DNA from: a virus
Length of the DNA stretch: 64,000 nucleotides
Reading direction: 5' to 3' (one strand)
Virus record (IMG/VR): IMGVR_UViG_3300031565_014867
Span: 17,783-81,782 of that record
Numbering within the stretch: the first letter of the stretch is position 1; each line of letters begins with the position of its first letter. This document shows positions 18,901 through 27,508 of the stretch, piece after piece. The position numbers were made by a program, and so were the translations under genes. The notes beneath the pieces are model-generated. The model did not search any database, was not told the origin of the DNA, and worked only from the letters and a program-made list of their open reading frames with translations.

Positions 18901-20759
18901 CCGATGTAACAAACCGCGGGACGCGCGACCTAGAACATGCCGTGTTCTTGGATGACGGCATTGCCTCCGGTGGCACCATGTCGGCGGTCCTGGACGAATT
19001 GGTTTCGCGCAACGCACGCGCCGTCGTGGCTCTAATACTATTTGACCGAATCGGCCTTCAGCCGCGACGCCATCTGCGCAGTATCCGCTCATACCGTACG
19101 CCAAACGGCCGCTCCCTGTCGTTTTCGTTTCGCACTCTTGTTTCGATAAACGTGCGGTCGCACTATGTCAACAACTGCCCTGAGTGCCTGTTGGCTCGGG
19201 ACATACTCGGACATGCTCGTTTGCACCCGGGCTTCCTTTCTACTGGAACGGCGACTCTCGAATCTCTCCTGGCGAGGACCATTGTGAGTTCTGAAAGTGT
19301 CCATATAGCCTCCCGGCTCGGGGCTGAGGATGTTCTTTCCGTACTCAGTTTCCGGCACGCGGTTCTCTCGGACATGCCAAGCCCCCAAGAGATCGAAAGG
19401 AGCTTGGCTGGCCGTGCAGGCGCTCCCCGGCTAGAGTGCCTCGCGACCGTGTTGTCCGATCCCAAGCTGTTCCGGCAGATCACGGATCACGAGGCCTGTG
19501 AGCGATGGATGACCGAGGACATCGCCGACCCATCTGTGGCTCCTGACTTCCGTGCCCGCTTTGTCCTTCACTTGGGCGCATGTGCTGACAGGAGCTTCGC
19601 GCGGGGATACGTTACGGAAGGTCTTCCTCAAGCCTACATTCGTTTGGCTGGCCGGCCGGAAGCCAAGTGTGACGGCTCGCTCAACCGTTACTTCAATGCG
19701 CACCCGATCGAATTCCTTGCGGTGGCGGCGGCCCTCTACTCGCTTGCTGACCGAGTTGGCCGCGACAAAGAGGCACCAGTAGCATGTCTACAAGGATGGA
19801 AGACAGCGCTAGGTTCTGGCTCGGAGATGAATACCGAGGCCAATCTCTATACGTTCCATTTGGAAACCCTATTTGATCCAGAATCTGAACTCCCCGTGAA
19901 AGAGGCGGAGCACTTGGTCGCGAACTTTGCCGGCAGTTTCTCGCACCACGGTGACAGCTTCGCCGTGCGCATGTCGCGTTGCCGATTGGCAGTGAATACC
20001 CATCTCGCTGGCGTTGCCTGCGAGCAGATGCCACCGGAAATGTTCAGCGTTCTAACCGATATGGTCAGACGCACGCAGGACCACTTCAAGGTCTGGCCGT
20101 TCGGAAAGGACGAACGAGACGAGATAAGGGAGGCTGAGGCGCGATGGCAGGAGGATCGCGATGGCACCATCTTGGCAACGGTCATCAGCCGCCATTTTCT
20201 CTCGGAAATGCCTGCCACACGCCCGGCAACAATTGACCGACTCCTCGCCCACCTTGCACCACGCTTGGGTTACATCCTTGGTAAGGCCATCGCCGATTAC
20301 CGTACCCGCACACGGGCACCTGTTAATGTGCATAATGAGTTCGAATCCAACACATCAGAAGACAGCCGCGTACTCGGCACCTCCTTCTATTTGTGGAGGG
20401 TGTTGTCGAACCTGCTCGATAATGCACAGGAAGCGTGGAACAGGCGCCGCGGAGAGGAGAGCGGCGCCCCGACGCCCGACTTGGCAGTGCGGATACTTGT
20501 GCGCCCCGTGCCGCCCCACCGGCTCGCCATTGAAGTCCGAGACAACGTCCCCTGCGAAGATCAAGACGTTGAGGGGTTCTTTGTGCCTGGCAGTGCATTG
20601 GCCACGCACCGGTCTGAGATCGTGAACTGGGGTGGGGCTTTACGGGGAGACAAACTTCCCAACGGTTGGAAACGTATTGTGGTAGAACTGAGAACGCTCG
20701 ACGTTGAGCGCCCATTGCAGGACCCTGAAGATGAGAATCCCCAAGCTGCTTCTATGTGA
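15951..20759 (+). CDS. Giant multidomain protein: STAS-like, HATPase, STAS-like, two type I PRTase domains, C-terminal HATPase (putative defence sensor)
   Basis: WELLNNAYIH/TDSGMGI/HGL; IVVDDVLDTGT and VFLDDGIASGGT PRPP loops; CPEC; SNLLDNA/IEVRDN. Confidence 0.78.
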   Translation: MSADTFPFEIHSNLELGALPPQLRALSRFVAERSETAHPWGNLHVTWSSDWSDLTLLAYFGQVLRLCQRRFAQVNLQLDGPMVKKIPFLWKCGFFDCVRANRVGSILECFPDPWRHRPDTDLVRANYTPLVMLDVAPVGQGDTKPQFRDRQVTDCINDWDVGLRSTASFPVVRNADAIHSREYLYLLLWELLNNAYIHSETHHVTLAGQIFLSQEHIAALKNLADDISNDYLLQSAGSVPSLLDALAVQHRIEVQHTQLTARRTWLKNHRDRSFLLLSCTDSGMGIPQSLKRSEVVAEQETDGHALARAFSPWTSTRRNDPTLYDVHGLSQILRLVEEYDGYLFLQSGAAYLEFTRTTPLSDGQRLPEERVLDGSLFQILLPLSAEPASRPVRKWMAPGHSPGSPEPADPEHRSVFVVGELRRAGIDVPVREEDWTRAADVVIRCADAITTDPLFLDLVRMPHDHQFLSFLLRSVRRTRLSHGVVVVNASREFLAIAKNMQRIDLGDIADEQVKSCAELDRDLALALSRGEIGCLPLLLPFLALADDGSPAGVLWLGLGCYAPTRRRAVEIALNYLLGSEGAEFSWKELFEIATAHDPVEGLTEQEFGLLFDAIVRCNRSLLAPVAGGCRSVLTSYDVEYVSLASLRKEVENLIPRMEHQKARDQQDFLYSLAWHPPERRFRKRYYRTWPVLADEHYRHICARLLVQQAYETLGDVVAAARAVVCATPSAGLLGREVAAILGTAFYEVPSIYEIDHRDWIPRLNGPAIVVDDVLDTGTLTQQLVQYLQKVGAHCPCVLTLLENAETAQERPSLPLVLKGSAIDLGIPTTEEVARAIESQGYFEVDPHTLDPLPPRTSARDSLSRETRRRLETLAHEKAIFSGHIVHGDHHYNMYFSLRDALASPTARDEILTWVLDEIRAFARQAQKQGAHAITLVYPYYSPVYRLVSRILARWYQEAAVGVELRCLVAKPCQLSGTRIGYQLADVTNRGTRDLEHAVFLDDGIASGGTMSAVLDELVSRNARAVVALILFDRIGLQPRRHLRSIRSYRTPNGRSLSFSFRTLVSINVRSHYVNNCPECLLARDILGHARLHPGFLSTGTATLESLLARTIVSSESVHIASRLGAEDVLSVLSFRHAVLSDMPSPQEIERSLAGRAGAPRLECLATVLSDPKLFRQITDHEACERWMTEDIADPSVAPDFRARFVLHLGACADRSFARGYVTEGLPQAYIRLAGRPEAKCDGSLNRYFNAHPIEFLAVAAALYSLADRVGRDKEAPVACLQGWKTALGSGSEMNTEANLYTFHLETLFDPESELPVKEAEHLVANFAGSFSHHGDSFAVRMSRCRLAVNTHLAGVACEQMPPEMFSVLTDMVRRTQDHFKVWPFGKDERDEIREAEARWQEDRDGTILATVISRHFLSEMPATRPATIDRLLAHLAPRLGYILGKAIADYRTRTRAPVNVHNEFESNTSEDSRVLGTSFYLWRVLSNLLDNAQEAWNRRRGEESGAPTPDLAVRILVRPVPPHRLAIEVRDNVPCEDQDVEGFFVPGSALATHRSEIVNWGGALRGDKLPNGWKRIVVELRTLDVERPLQDPEDENPQAASM

Positions 20760-22374
20760 GGACGATATCTGGGAACGTGAAAACCTTCCAGGGATCATCG
20801 AGTCCTCTTGGAAGGACATGTTTGCCGGTGAACAAGTCGAGGTCCACGGTTGCTCCGATGTTGCCCGCGAGGACCGGCCACGTCCCCCGATTATTCCCCT
20901 TGACAAAGTCGGACAATACGATGCTCTTCTGCTCGATATTTGGTGGGGAAAACCCAGTTCCGGGTCACCTCATGGCGTCGAGATTGCCGAGACAGTACGT
21001 CGGCGCTATCCGGAAATGCCAATTATCGTGTTCTCACGACACGTCTCGCTTGAAGACTTTCAATCTCTGATACCTCACGGCATCGCAGGATATCTGACCA
21101 AAACCGATCCCACGGCCCAAACCTGGTGTGCCGAAATCCACCGCGTCTTGGAAACCACTGGCCGCGAACGTTCCGGTCACCCTCTGTATCAACTCCTCAG
21201 GCATCTGCTAGCTGAAACCCCCAACGCCTGGTGTCGGAATGAGGTCGACCAAGCTGCCTCTGAAGTCTGGCGTCATGAGAACCCTTATCAGAAATGGGAA
21301 CAGTTTTGGGGAGTGTGGGTGCCGTATTTGGGGCAAAAACGCATCAACATCCCCTGCGACGACATCGCTCGGTTCTTTGCCAAGGAAGAACTCCTAACGA
21401 TCTCTGTAGGCGAAGCCTTGCGCGGACATCTGGAACATGTCTTGCATGTGTATTTCACCGGGTACATTATAAGCCATGTCGCACCGGGGTTTCGCGATCA
21501 TGTACTGAACGCCGTTCGCTATCTTCTAAAGGAAGATTATCGCGAGGACCAGACGGAAGCCTATTGGGACATGTTCCAAGCAAGTTGGCTCGTCGCCGCC
21601 ACGCTGCACGACGCCGCCTATCCGCTAGAGATTCTCCCTGACGTCGTGCATGAAGCATCCCAGATTCAAGACATGTTTCCCTTTGCGCAACTCACTCCCA
21701 CCGTTCCGTCTGTGGCTCCTTCGGGCGTAGCGTGGAACAGTACGGAGGGGCGAGCGGCACGGGATGCGTTTCGTTTTGTTCTTGACCGCCTCTACGACAA
21801 TACGAGTGCCCTCCGCTTTGTGCAAGCGAACGCATTGTTCTCCGACGGGAAGGTACAGCGGTTCAACCATGGTGTCGCTTCTGGCGCATGCTTCATGAAG
21901 GAAGCTCAAAAATGGGGTGACCTTCCCAATTCGCTGCCATTGGTGTTCCTTCAATGGGCCGCCACAGCCATGGCCCTCCATGCCTTGAAACATGCTGCGG
22001 AGCCAAACGGCGTGTGCATTGCTCTCCAGCGAGATCCTTTGTCGTTCCTGTTGGCTTTGTGTGACGAGTTGCAGGTGTGGAATCGCAGTCGTCCCGATGA
22101 GACACCAACGTCATCAGATTTCCGTCGCGTCGATTTGCACGCAATGGAATTTGACGGCAACAAGCTCTCTGCCACCATTGAATACGATTTGTTTCCACTG
22201 GTTGATACACATCGACAGAAGAAGGCTGTAAATGCGATCACAAGCCGTCTCAGCAAAGACCAGCGTTTAATGAAGATCTATCTTAAGCCGGAACCACTAG
22301 GAGTAGAGATTCTGAGCCGGATACGGGATCCATTCACCGAACTGCCGCCGATCCTGCTGGGCGATGCTGATTGA
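20731..22374 (+). CDS. Receiver (REC) domain fused to an HD-superfamily phosphohydrolase
   Basis: LLLCEDD, LLLDIW, IIVFS, YLTK; HLEHVLHVY, LHDAAYP, NHG, DELQVWNR; overlaps the upstream gene by 29 nt. Confidence 0.8.
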   Translation: MRIPKLLLCEDDIWERENLPGIIESSWKDMFAGEQVEVHGCSDVAREDRPRPPIIPLDKVGQYDALLLDIWWGKPSSGSPHGVEIAETVRRRYPEMPIIVFSRHVSLEDFQSLIPHGIAGYLTKTDPTAQTWCAEIHRVLETTGRERSGHPLYQLLRHLLAETPNAWCRNEVDQAASEVWRHENPYQKWEQFWGVWVPYLGQKRINIPCDDIARFFAKEELLTISVGEALRGHLEHVLHVYFTGYIISHVAPGFRDHVLNAVRYLLKEDYREDQTEAYWDMFQASWLVAATLHDAAYPLEILPDVVHEASQIQDMFPFAQLTPTVPSVAPSGVAWNSTEGRAARDAFRFVLDRLYDNTSALRFVQANALFSDGKVQRFNHGVASGACFMKEAQKWGDLPNSLPLVFLQWAATAMALHALKHAAEPNGVCIALQRDPLSFLLALCDELQVWNRSRPDETPTSSDFRRVDLHAMEFDGNKLSATIEYDLFPLVDTHRQKKAVNAITSRLSKDQRLMKIYLKPEPLGVEILSRIRDPFTELPPILLGDAD

Positions 22375-23262
22375 ACACTTCGCAGCTTGGGCGACTTGTT
22401 CCCCATCCCTCCAATTCTCGTGCTTGTCACCGGGTCAAACGTTGCGTGACGGAGCCAATTGCGACGCAACTGGTGCTAGTGGCCCCGTGTCCAACACTCC
22501 GACCGCTGCCTCCGCAGGATATTGGCACTTCTCTGCCGCGTATGCTGGAAGTCTGCTCTCATCCCGAGCGCTGTACTTTTCGACCGCCCGGCGCTGCGCT
22601 TTCGGACCGCCGTTCATAATTTGCCGCGTCAATGGTTGGAACGGCCAAGCGCAGGCAGTCGAAAGGGCAGGGAACGGCGTGCCAACCCTACATTCGTTTC
22701 AATCGGCAAATTTGACCCCGCCCCCTTCGCCCCGCACGACCGGACTACCCGGCCCGGTACAACCCGAATGCCATCCACCCAACGGCTGGGTTTTCGTTGG
22801 GTTTGGGCGGGTTCTGCCGGCTGGTTGGCCGCAATATCGGCATGGGTCGACACCGTTGACGTCCGACAAGGGTGTCGACACAACGGGGCGAGAATCACGG
22901 CTTTCGGGGCAACCTGATTGCCGTAAGTGATTGCATAGAAATGTGTTATGTCGTCTAGTGGCGGGGTCCAGCGCGGGTATCGGGCCGAATCGGGGCGAGA
23001 ATTCCGAGAAAATGACGCGGCCGGGCCGGTTGGGGTGGTTGTCGGAAGTGTGCGGCCGGATCGGACCGGATTCGGTGTGGGTGGGTTGTGTCGGCTCCCC
23101 CAGTTATGTCTATTCGAGCGATTCGGCGGGGAAAACCTGGAACATGGCGCGCGCACCTAACCGCGCGAGAGAAAACGGAAACTCAGTCGTTGTAACTGGC
23201 GTTGTGACAACGGGTTGCGGCGCGCACATTGGATGGTTGGTCTTGTCTTGCCGCGTCGGGGA

Positions 23263-23377
23263 GAATGATTACTTCTCTGGTTTGCCCTATTTACTCATAT
23301 ATTTATTGTGTGTGTACACAGTATGTAGAAGTGTTTGCATAAAGCGATAATAGGTGAAACTAGAGAAGTAATCATTC
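23263..23377. repeat. 29-bp imperfect inverted repeat around an AT-rich core
   Basis: GAATGATTACTTCTCTGGTTTGCCCTATT (23263-23291) versus AATAGGTGAAACTAGAGAAGTAATCATTC (23349-23377); 26/29 complementary. Confidence 0.9.
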
Positions 23378-23605
23378 CGCCTACACTCGCCACCTATCGC
23401 AACCTGCCCGAACCGCCAGTCCCGCCCCAGAGCCACGACGTCGCCCGACGTCGCGTTTCGCATCCCGCCCCCGTCTCGGAACGCCCCGATTTGCCAACGG
23501 CCCTTTACGGGCCGACGTCGGCCGACGTCGGCTGCGCATGAAGAAAGCCGCCCGTTGGACGGCTTGCCGCGTTCATCCCGCCCGCGTCTTGCCGCAATGC
23601 CGCGT

Positions 23606-23932
23606 CTATCCTGCCCGCATTGCCGCGTACACTCGGCCGGCTTCAAACGAGCGTTCCCGGTGCATTGCCGCCGTAGCCCGGTGGACCACGCGCGGCCGGT
23701 AGCCGATCCGCTCCAATTCCCGGACAAGGGGCGCGCCTTCCGCGCTGGTTGCCGGTCGGCTTGCCCGGACGCAACGCCAGTAGTCGGCCCCGCTATGTTG
23801 GCCTACGTGCGCGTAGGCGTCGCAATACCGGCCGTGTTCGTCACTTGGCAACGTAGGGAAGAGCGCGAAGACTCCGCCCCCGTCCCGCCAAACCCGCAAC
23901 ACAACGGGGATAGCTTGCTGGTTGTCTGTCAT
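23606..23932 (-). CDS. Phage hypothetical protein
   Basis: VFALFP..YAHVGQHS..LVRELERIGY; last gene of the early operon. Confidence 0.75.
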   Translation of the reverse strand: MTDNQQAIPVVLRVWRDGGGVFALFPTLPSDEHGRYCDAYAHVGQHSGADYWRCVRASRPATSAEGAPLVRELERIGYRPRVVHRATAAMHRERSFEAGRVYAAMRAG

Positions 23933-24035
23933 GGTCAATCGTCCCATCGGTTCAAGGTATCCGGCGCCAACCCGGCGCTATCACGGCGCGCCGCCTGCGC
24001 CATGGCGGCGCCATCCGGGCGCGCCGGTTTCGGTG

Positions 24036-25235
24036 TCAGTCTCGGGGTTCAACAGACGACAACGTGTAGACGTCGAACCAGACGGTTTCGCAGTCAAGGC
24101 AGTACATACGTTGCGTGCAATAGTCGCCACCGAAGTCGACGGAATCCCCTTCGGTTTGGTGTGACTCACAGTTGGGGCAGAAGCCCCCTCCCATTTCGAC
24201 GTACCGCTTTGCGTGGGGCAAGGTCGAATCCTGCGCCGATTCCTGCGCGGGTTCGCGTGACGCTATGCCCAGTTCAACCAGTCTCTCGAAAGCCGCCTTG
24301 TCGGACGGATACCGCCCGCAGGAATCGCAACGTTCAACCTTCGCGCCTTCCGCCAGTCGGCCGTTCTCGACACGCGCCAGAATTCCGGGAACACCCGAAC
24401 GGAAGCGGCCGGGTTGTTCGCACTCACACACCGGGGCAGCCCCGTTAGCCAGCCCGAGAAAGGTTGCGCCAATCGTTGGGTTTCCGTATTCGTCCAGAAT
24501 CCCTGGGGTCGACATTGCCGTGTCAAGCAGACGGTCGAAGGCATAGCCCAATGCGTCGGGATCGGTGACGTCCCGATCGAAGTAGACTGGAAAACTGAGC
24601 ACGCATTCTCCCGTTGCCATTGGCTGTTCGCACTCAGACACCGGCGCAACCTGTTGCTCGAATGCCAACGCCAATATCATTACGTTGTCGAGTTGGGAGG
24701 CATCATCGGCGGCCTCTTCGTAGCTGGTGTAGACGGTGGTGGTTGCCAAGTCTTCAGTGTCGTGATCGTAGAGTATGTAGCGGCGCGTTTCCGTGGCCCC
24801 GTGTTCGGCCACTTGCGGCGGGAACATTTCGCGGAGTCGCGCGACGGTCAGCGGTGGCGTTTCAAAGTACGTTCCATCGTCGCCGTGTTTTGCGGCCGCG
24901 CGCCAATGGATCGAATCGGCGGTGACAACTACCGTTGCGGCCGATACCGATTGTAGACAACCATCGGGCCACCGGTGGTTGTCGGGTGCTTGCACCCACT
25001 CGCCATCCGAGTCAATCAGTTCGCTGGTTTCATCGTTCAGCGCGCCAAGCACCGAACCGTATTCGACGGCCGAGTCAAACAACTCGACCGCGTAGAACGT
25101 ATCATGCGCTCCCTTGAATTCTGCCGCCTTGTCGGCAACGCGAAGCAACCACGCCGCGTAGTCGGGCGTTATGTCGACGGTTGCGTACTCGAAAGCGAAA
25201 CCGTCCCCGTTGGTCAGACTGCAGGCTAGACGCAT
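24036..25235 (-). CDS. Mosaic multi-module protein with C-terminal zinc ribbons
   Basis: GGAAAG RBS; several short modules; CxC/CxxC pairs. Confidence 0.7.
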   Translation of the reverse strand: MRLACSLTNGDGFAFEYATVDITPDYAAWLLRVADKAAEFKGAHDTFYAVELFDSAVEYGSVLGALNDETSELIDSDGEWVQAPDNHRWPDGCLQSVSAATVVVTADSIHWRAAAKHGDDGTYFETPPLTVARLREMFPPQVAEHGATETRRYILYDHDTEDLATTTVYTSYEEAADDASQLDNVMILALAFEQQVAPVSECEQPMATGECVLSFPVYFDRDVTDPDALGYAFDRLLDTAMSTPGILDEYGNPTIGATFLGLANGAAPVCECEQPGRFRSGVPGILARVENGRLAEGAKVERCDSCGRYPSDKAAFERLVELGIASREPAQESAQDSTLPHAKRYVEMGGGFCPNCESHQTEGDSVDFGGDYCTQRMYCLDCETVWFDVYTLSSVEPRD

Positions 25236-25236
25236 C

Positions 25237-25950
25237 TTAGGCTTTCCTTTCCGCAATGTCCCTGATGCAAGTTTCAACGTCGCCGATCCCCAGTTGGTCG
25301 ACCAGCCAAGCTACTTGTTCGTCCAAGCCCGCGTTGTCGATCGATGCCGCCAGATTGCCCGCCGCATCGTGTACCATTTCGTCCAGGTCTTCCGGCTGAA
25401 GCCCCAGTTTGCTTGCCGTATCGACAAGCCGCGCAATGTCCTTCTGTAGCCCGTGTCGTTTCTCTTGTTGCTCCACGAATAGCCAAGCATTGAAATACTC
25501 GATATTCGTAGCGGTAACGAACACGGCCCCGCCCCCGAATTCGCCTACGCGCGGCTTGGAGCAAGTACCCGCGTAGGTGAGTGACCAACACGCATCGGGC
25601 CGAAACGCGCGTAGAAACTTCTGGACAAGATGCGCCACCCGATCCACGCAACCGTGTTCCTCGGAGTGAATCCACAAGTGTCGGCCCCGGTCTTCGTCGA
25701 CGCCTTCGGAAAACGAGTAGCCGAAGCCGACGTCCTCGCCGAAGTCGGGGTCATAATCTTCCATGTCGCGGTATGCGCGGCAGCCGATCCACGTTGCGTC
25801 CCCGGTGTCCCCATTGTCGGGCAACGTGTCTTCCGTGTACTCTGCGCCGTCGATGACGTGGACCAATTCCAGTTGGTTCTGCAGCCAGTCGACTTCCGCG
25901 TCGGTCAGATGCGTTAGCGTTTCCGAGAATTCCAAGTAGTGATCGGCCAT
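25237..25950 (-). CDS. Acidic hypothetical protein
   Basis: GGGAG RBS; CSKPRVGEFGGGAVFVTA motif. Confidence 0.75.
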   Translation of the reverse strand: MADHYLEFSETLTHLTDAEVDWLQNQLELVHVIDGAEYTEDTLPDNGDTGDATWIGCRAYRDMEDYDPDFGEDVGFGYSFSEGVDEDRGRHLWIHSEEHGCVDRVAHLVQKFLRAFRPDACWSLTYAGTCSKPRVGEFGGGAVFVTATNIEYFNAWLFVEQQEKRHGLQKDIARLVDTASKLGLQPEDLDEMVHDAAGNLAASIDNAGLDEQVAWLVDQLGIGDVETCIRDIAERKA

Positions 25951-25986
25951 TGGGGTTGTCTCCCGTTGTGTTGTGGTTTGTTGTTC

Positions 25987-26532
25987 TCAGTCGGTTACAA
26001 TCTCGAAAGGTTCAAGCGGGGTGACCACGGGGGGCAGTTGTGCGCGTAGTTGCCCGTGCGCGTCCCGTAGCATCGATGCGGCTTTGTCGGTCGATCCGTT
26101 CTCCAATTGCTCAAGCGCGCCGGTCAGCAATTCGTCGACCGGCCGCAACACGGAAGCGTCGACGACCGGTTCGCCATCCGCGTCGGTCGGGATACAAACG
26201 GGGTCCTGCCCCGCGCGGAATTCGACAATCTCGCCGTTGTATACGGCCCCGCCATCGTCGCGCCGGGTGAAGGGGATATCGTGTTCCTGCAGGAATCCTT
26301 CCAGGCTATCGAATCGGCCCCATGATGCTTGCTCGTCGCAAAGGTAGAGAACCGCCGCGCCTTCACAGTCAACGCGGGCCTGCAGCAATTCCTCGGCAGT
26401 CTTCGGGGCGAATCGCCCCGCGCCCCAATCCAGGGCCACCCCCTCGGCGTCAATCTCGCCGCATAGCCCGTCGACCAGTTGTGCGGGAACCTTGCCGCCG
26501 ATCCAGATTTGCGCCGCCATACGTTCGGACAT
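25987..26532 (-). CDS. Acidic hypothetical protein
   Basis: GGGAG RBS; co-oriented. Confidence 0.7.
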   Translation of the reverse strand: MSERMAAQIWIGGKVPAQLVDGLCGEIDAEGVALDWGAGRFAPKTAEELLQARVDCEGAAVLYLCDEQASWGRFDSLEGFLQEHDIPFTRRDDGGAVYNGEIVEFRAGQDPVCIPTDADGEPVVDASVLRPVDELLTGALEQLENGSTDKAASMLRDAHGQLRAQLPPVVTPLEPFEIVTD

Positions 26533-26552
26533 AGTGCTATTCTCCCATCGGT

Positions 26553-26762
26553 TCAAGTAATCAGTTCAAAGGTGAGACTTGCCAACCCGTCGCCCTGGAC
26601 GGTATACGCTCCGTCCGGGTGCGCGGTCATGCTGTAGCGTCGCCCCAATACGTTCAAGATGTAGCCGGCTTGTTTGTACGCTTCGCGCCGCGGGTCGCGC
26701 GCTTCCACCGTGTTCCCGCGCTTCGTTTGATAGATAGCCGCAAACGCAATTCCCGTTGTCAT
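26553..26762 (-). CDS. Small hypothetical protein
   Basis: GGGAGG RBS; fills the operon gap. Confidence 0.6.
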   Translation of the reverse strand: MTTGIAFAAIYQTKRGNTVEARDPRREAYKQAGYILNVLGRRYSMTAHPDGAYTVQGDGLASLTFELIT

Positions 26763-26778
26763 GGCGCGCCCCTCCCCG

Positions 26779-27306
26779 TTAGCAGTTACGGAAGACGTAA
26801 AGCCGGCCCGAATCGCCCGTTACGCTGTAGTTGTCGCCCATGAAAACGTCCCGCGCGAATGCGTCGTAATCGATGTAGTTCTGGACGTGTTCGGGGACGT
26901 CGTGCAAGTAGCATTCGTCAAACAACTCTTCAGCGTAGGCCCGTTCCGAATCGTATTCCCCGCAATACGCTTCCTGGAACCCGTCCGCCGTTGCGTGGTC
27001 GATTCCGACGTTATCCGCGTAGGCTGCGAACGCTTCCCCGTGTTCTTCAATCAGTGCGCCCACTTCGGCAACCCGGTCGATGTCTTCCCATTCCGAAAGG
27101 CGAATACCGCCGAAGTTTTCGTAATCGTGAATCGCCCACTCCTCGGCAATCGGTTGCCGAGACTTGGCAAGCATGTTTTCGATTGCTTCGCGTATTTCGT
27201 CGGCGTCGGTTGCGTCGATCCATTCCCCGTGGAGAATGCCCGCGTTGTAGGACGCCAAACAGGCAACGTAGATTCTGGGGGTGTCGGTGTCGGTTGTGGT
27301 TGTCAT
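26779..27306 (-). CDS. ardA: Antirestriction protein ArdA
   Basis: RIYVACLASYNAGILHGEWID, EEWAIHDYE, YCGEYDSE, YIDYDAFARD; highly acidic. Confidence 0.93.
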   Translation of the reverse strand: MTTTTDTDTPRIYVACLASYNAGILHGEWIDATDADEIREAIENMLAKSRQPIAEEWAIHDYENFGGIRLSEWEDIDRVAEVGALIEEHGEAFAAYADNVGIDHATADGFQEAYCGEYDSERAYAEELFDECYLHDVPEHVQNYIDYDAFARDVFMGDNYSVTGDSGRLYVFRNC

Positions 27307-27310
27307 GGTG

Positions 27311-27496
27311 TCAGTTCCCGTTGTGTTGTGTCGTATCTGCGGTAGTGAATTCTGTATCCGGTGGACATAGGCAAATGTCGCCGTCAACAAACGCCACCCG
27401 CTGCAATGCCCCGTTCACTGCGGTAGACGATTGGACTACCTTTCGGCCGCGGGCGGTTTCTACGGTCATGCCCTTGCGTAGGTCGGTTGCTATCAT
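27311..27496 (-). CDS. Small hypothetical protein
   Basis: AAGGAG RBS; fills the operon gap. Confidence 0.55.
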   Translation of the reverse strand: MIATDLRKGMTVETARGRKVVQSSTAVNGALQRVAFVDGDICLCPPDTEFTTADTTQHNGN

Positions 27497-27508
27497 GGTG
27501 TCTCCTTC

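Noticed and set aside
22963-22975. GGGGTCCAGCGCG as a third copy of the 900-bp module box
   Set aside because: Only a short gapped match; the 21-mer and promoter boxes are absent at the expected spacing
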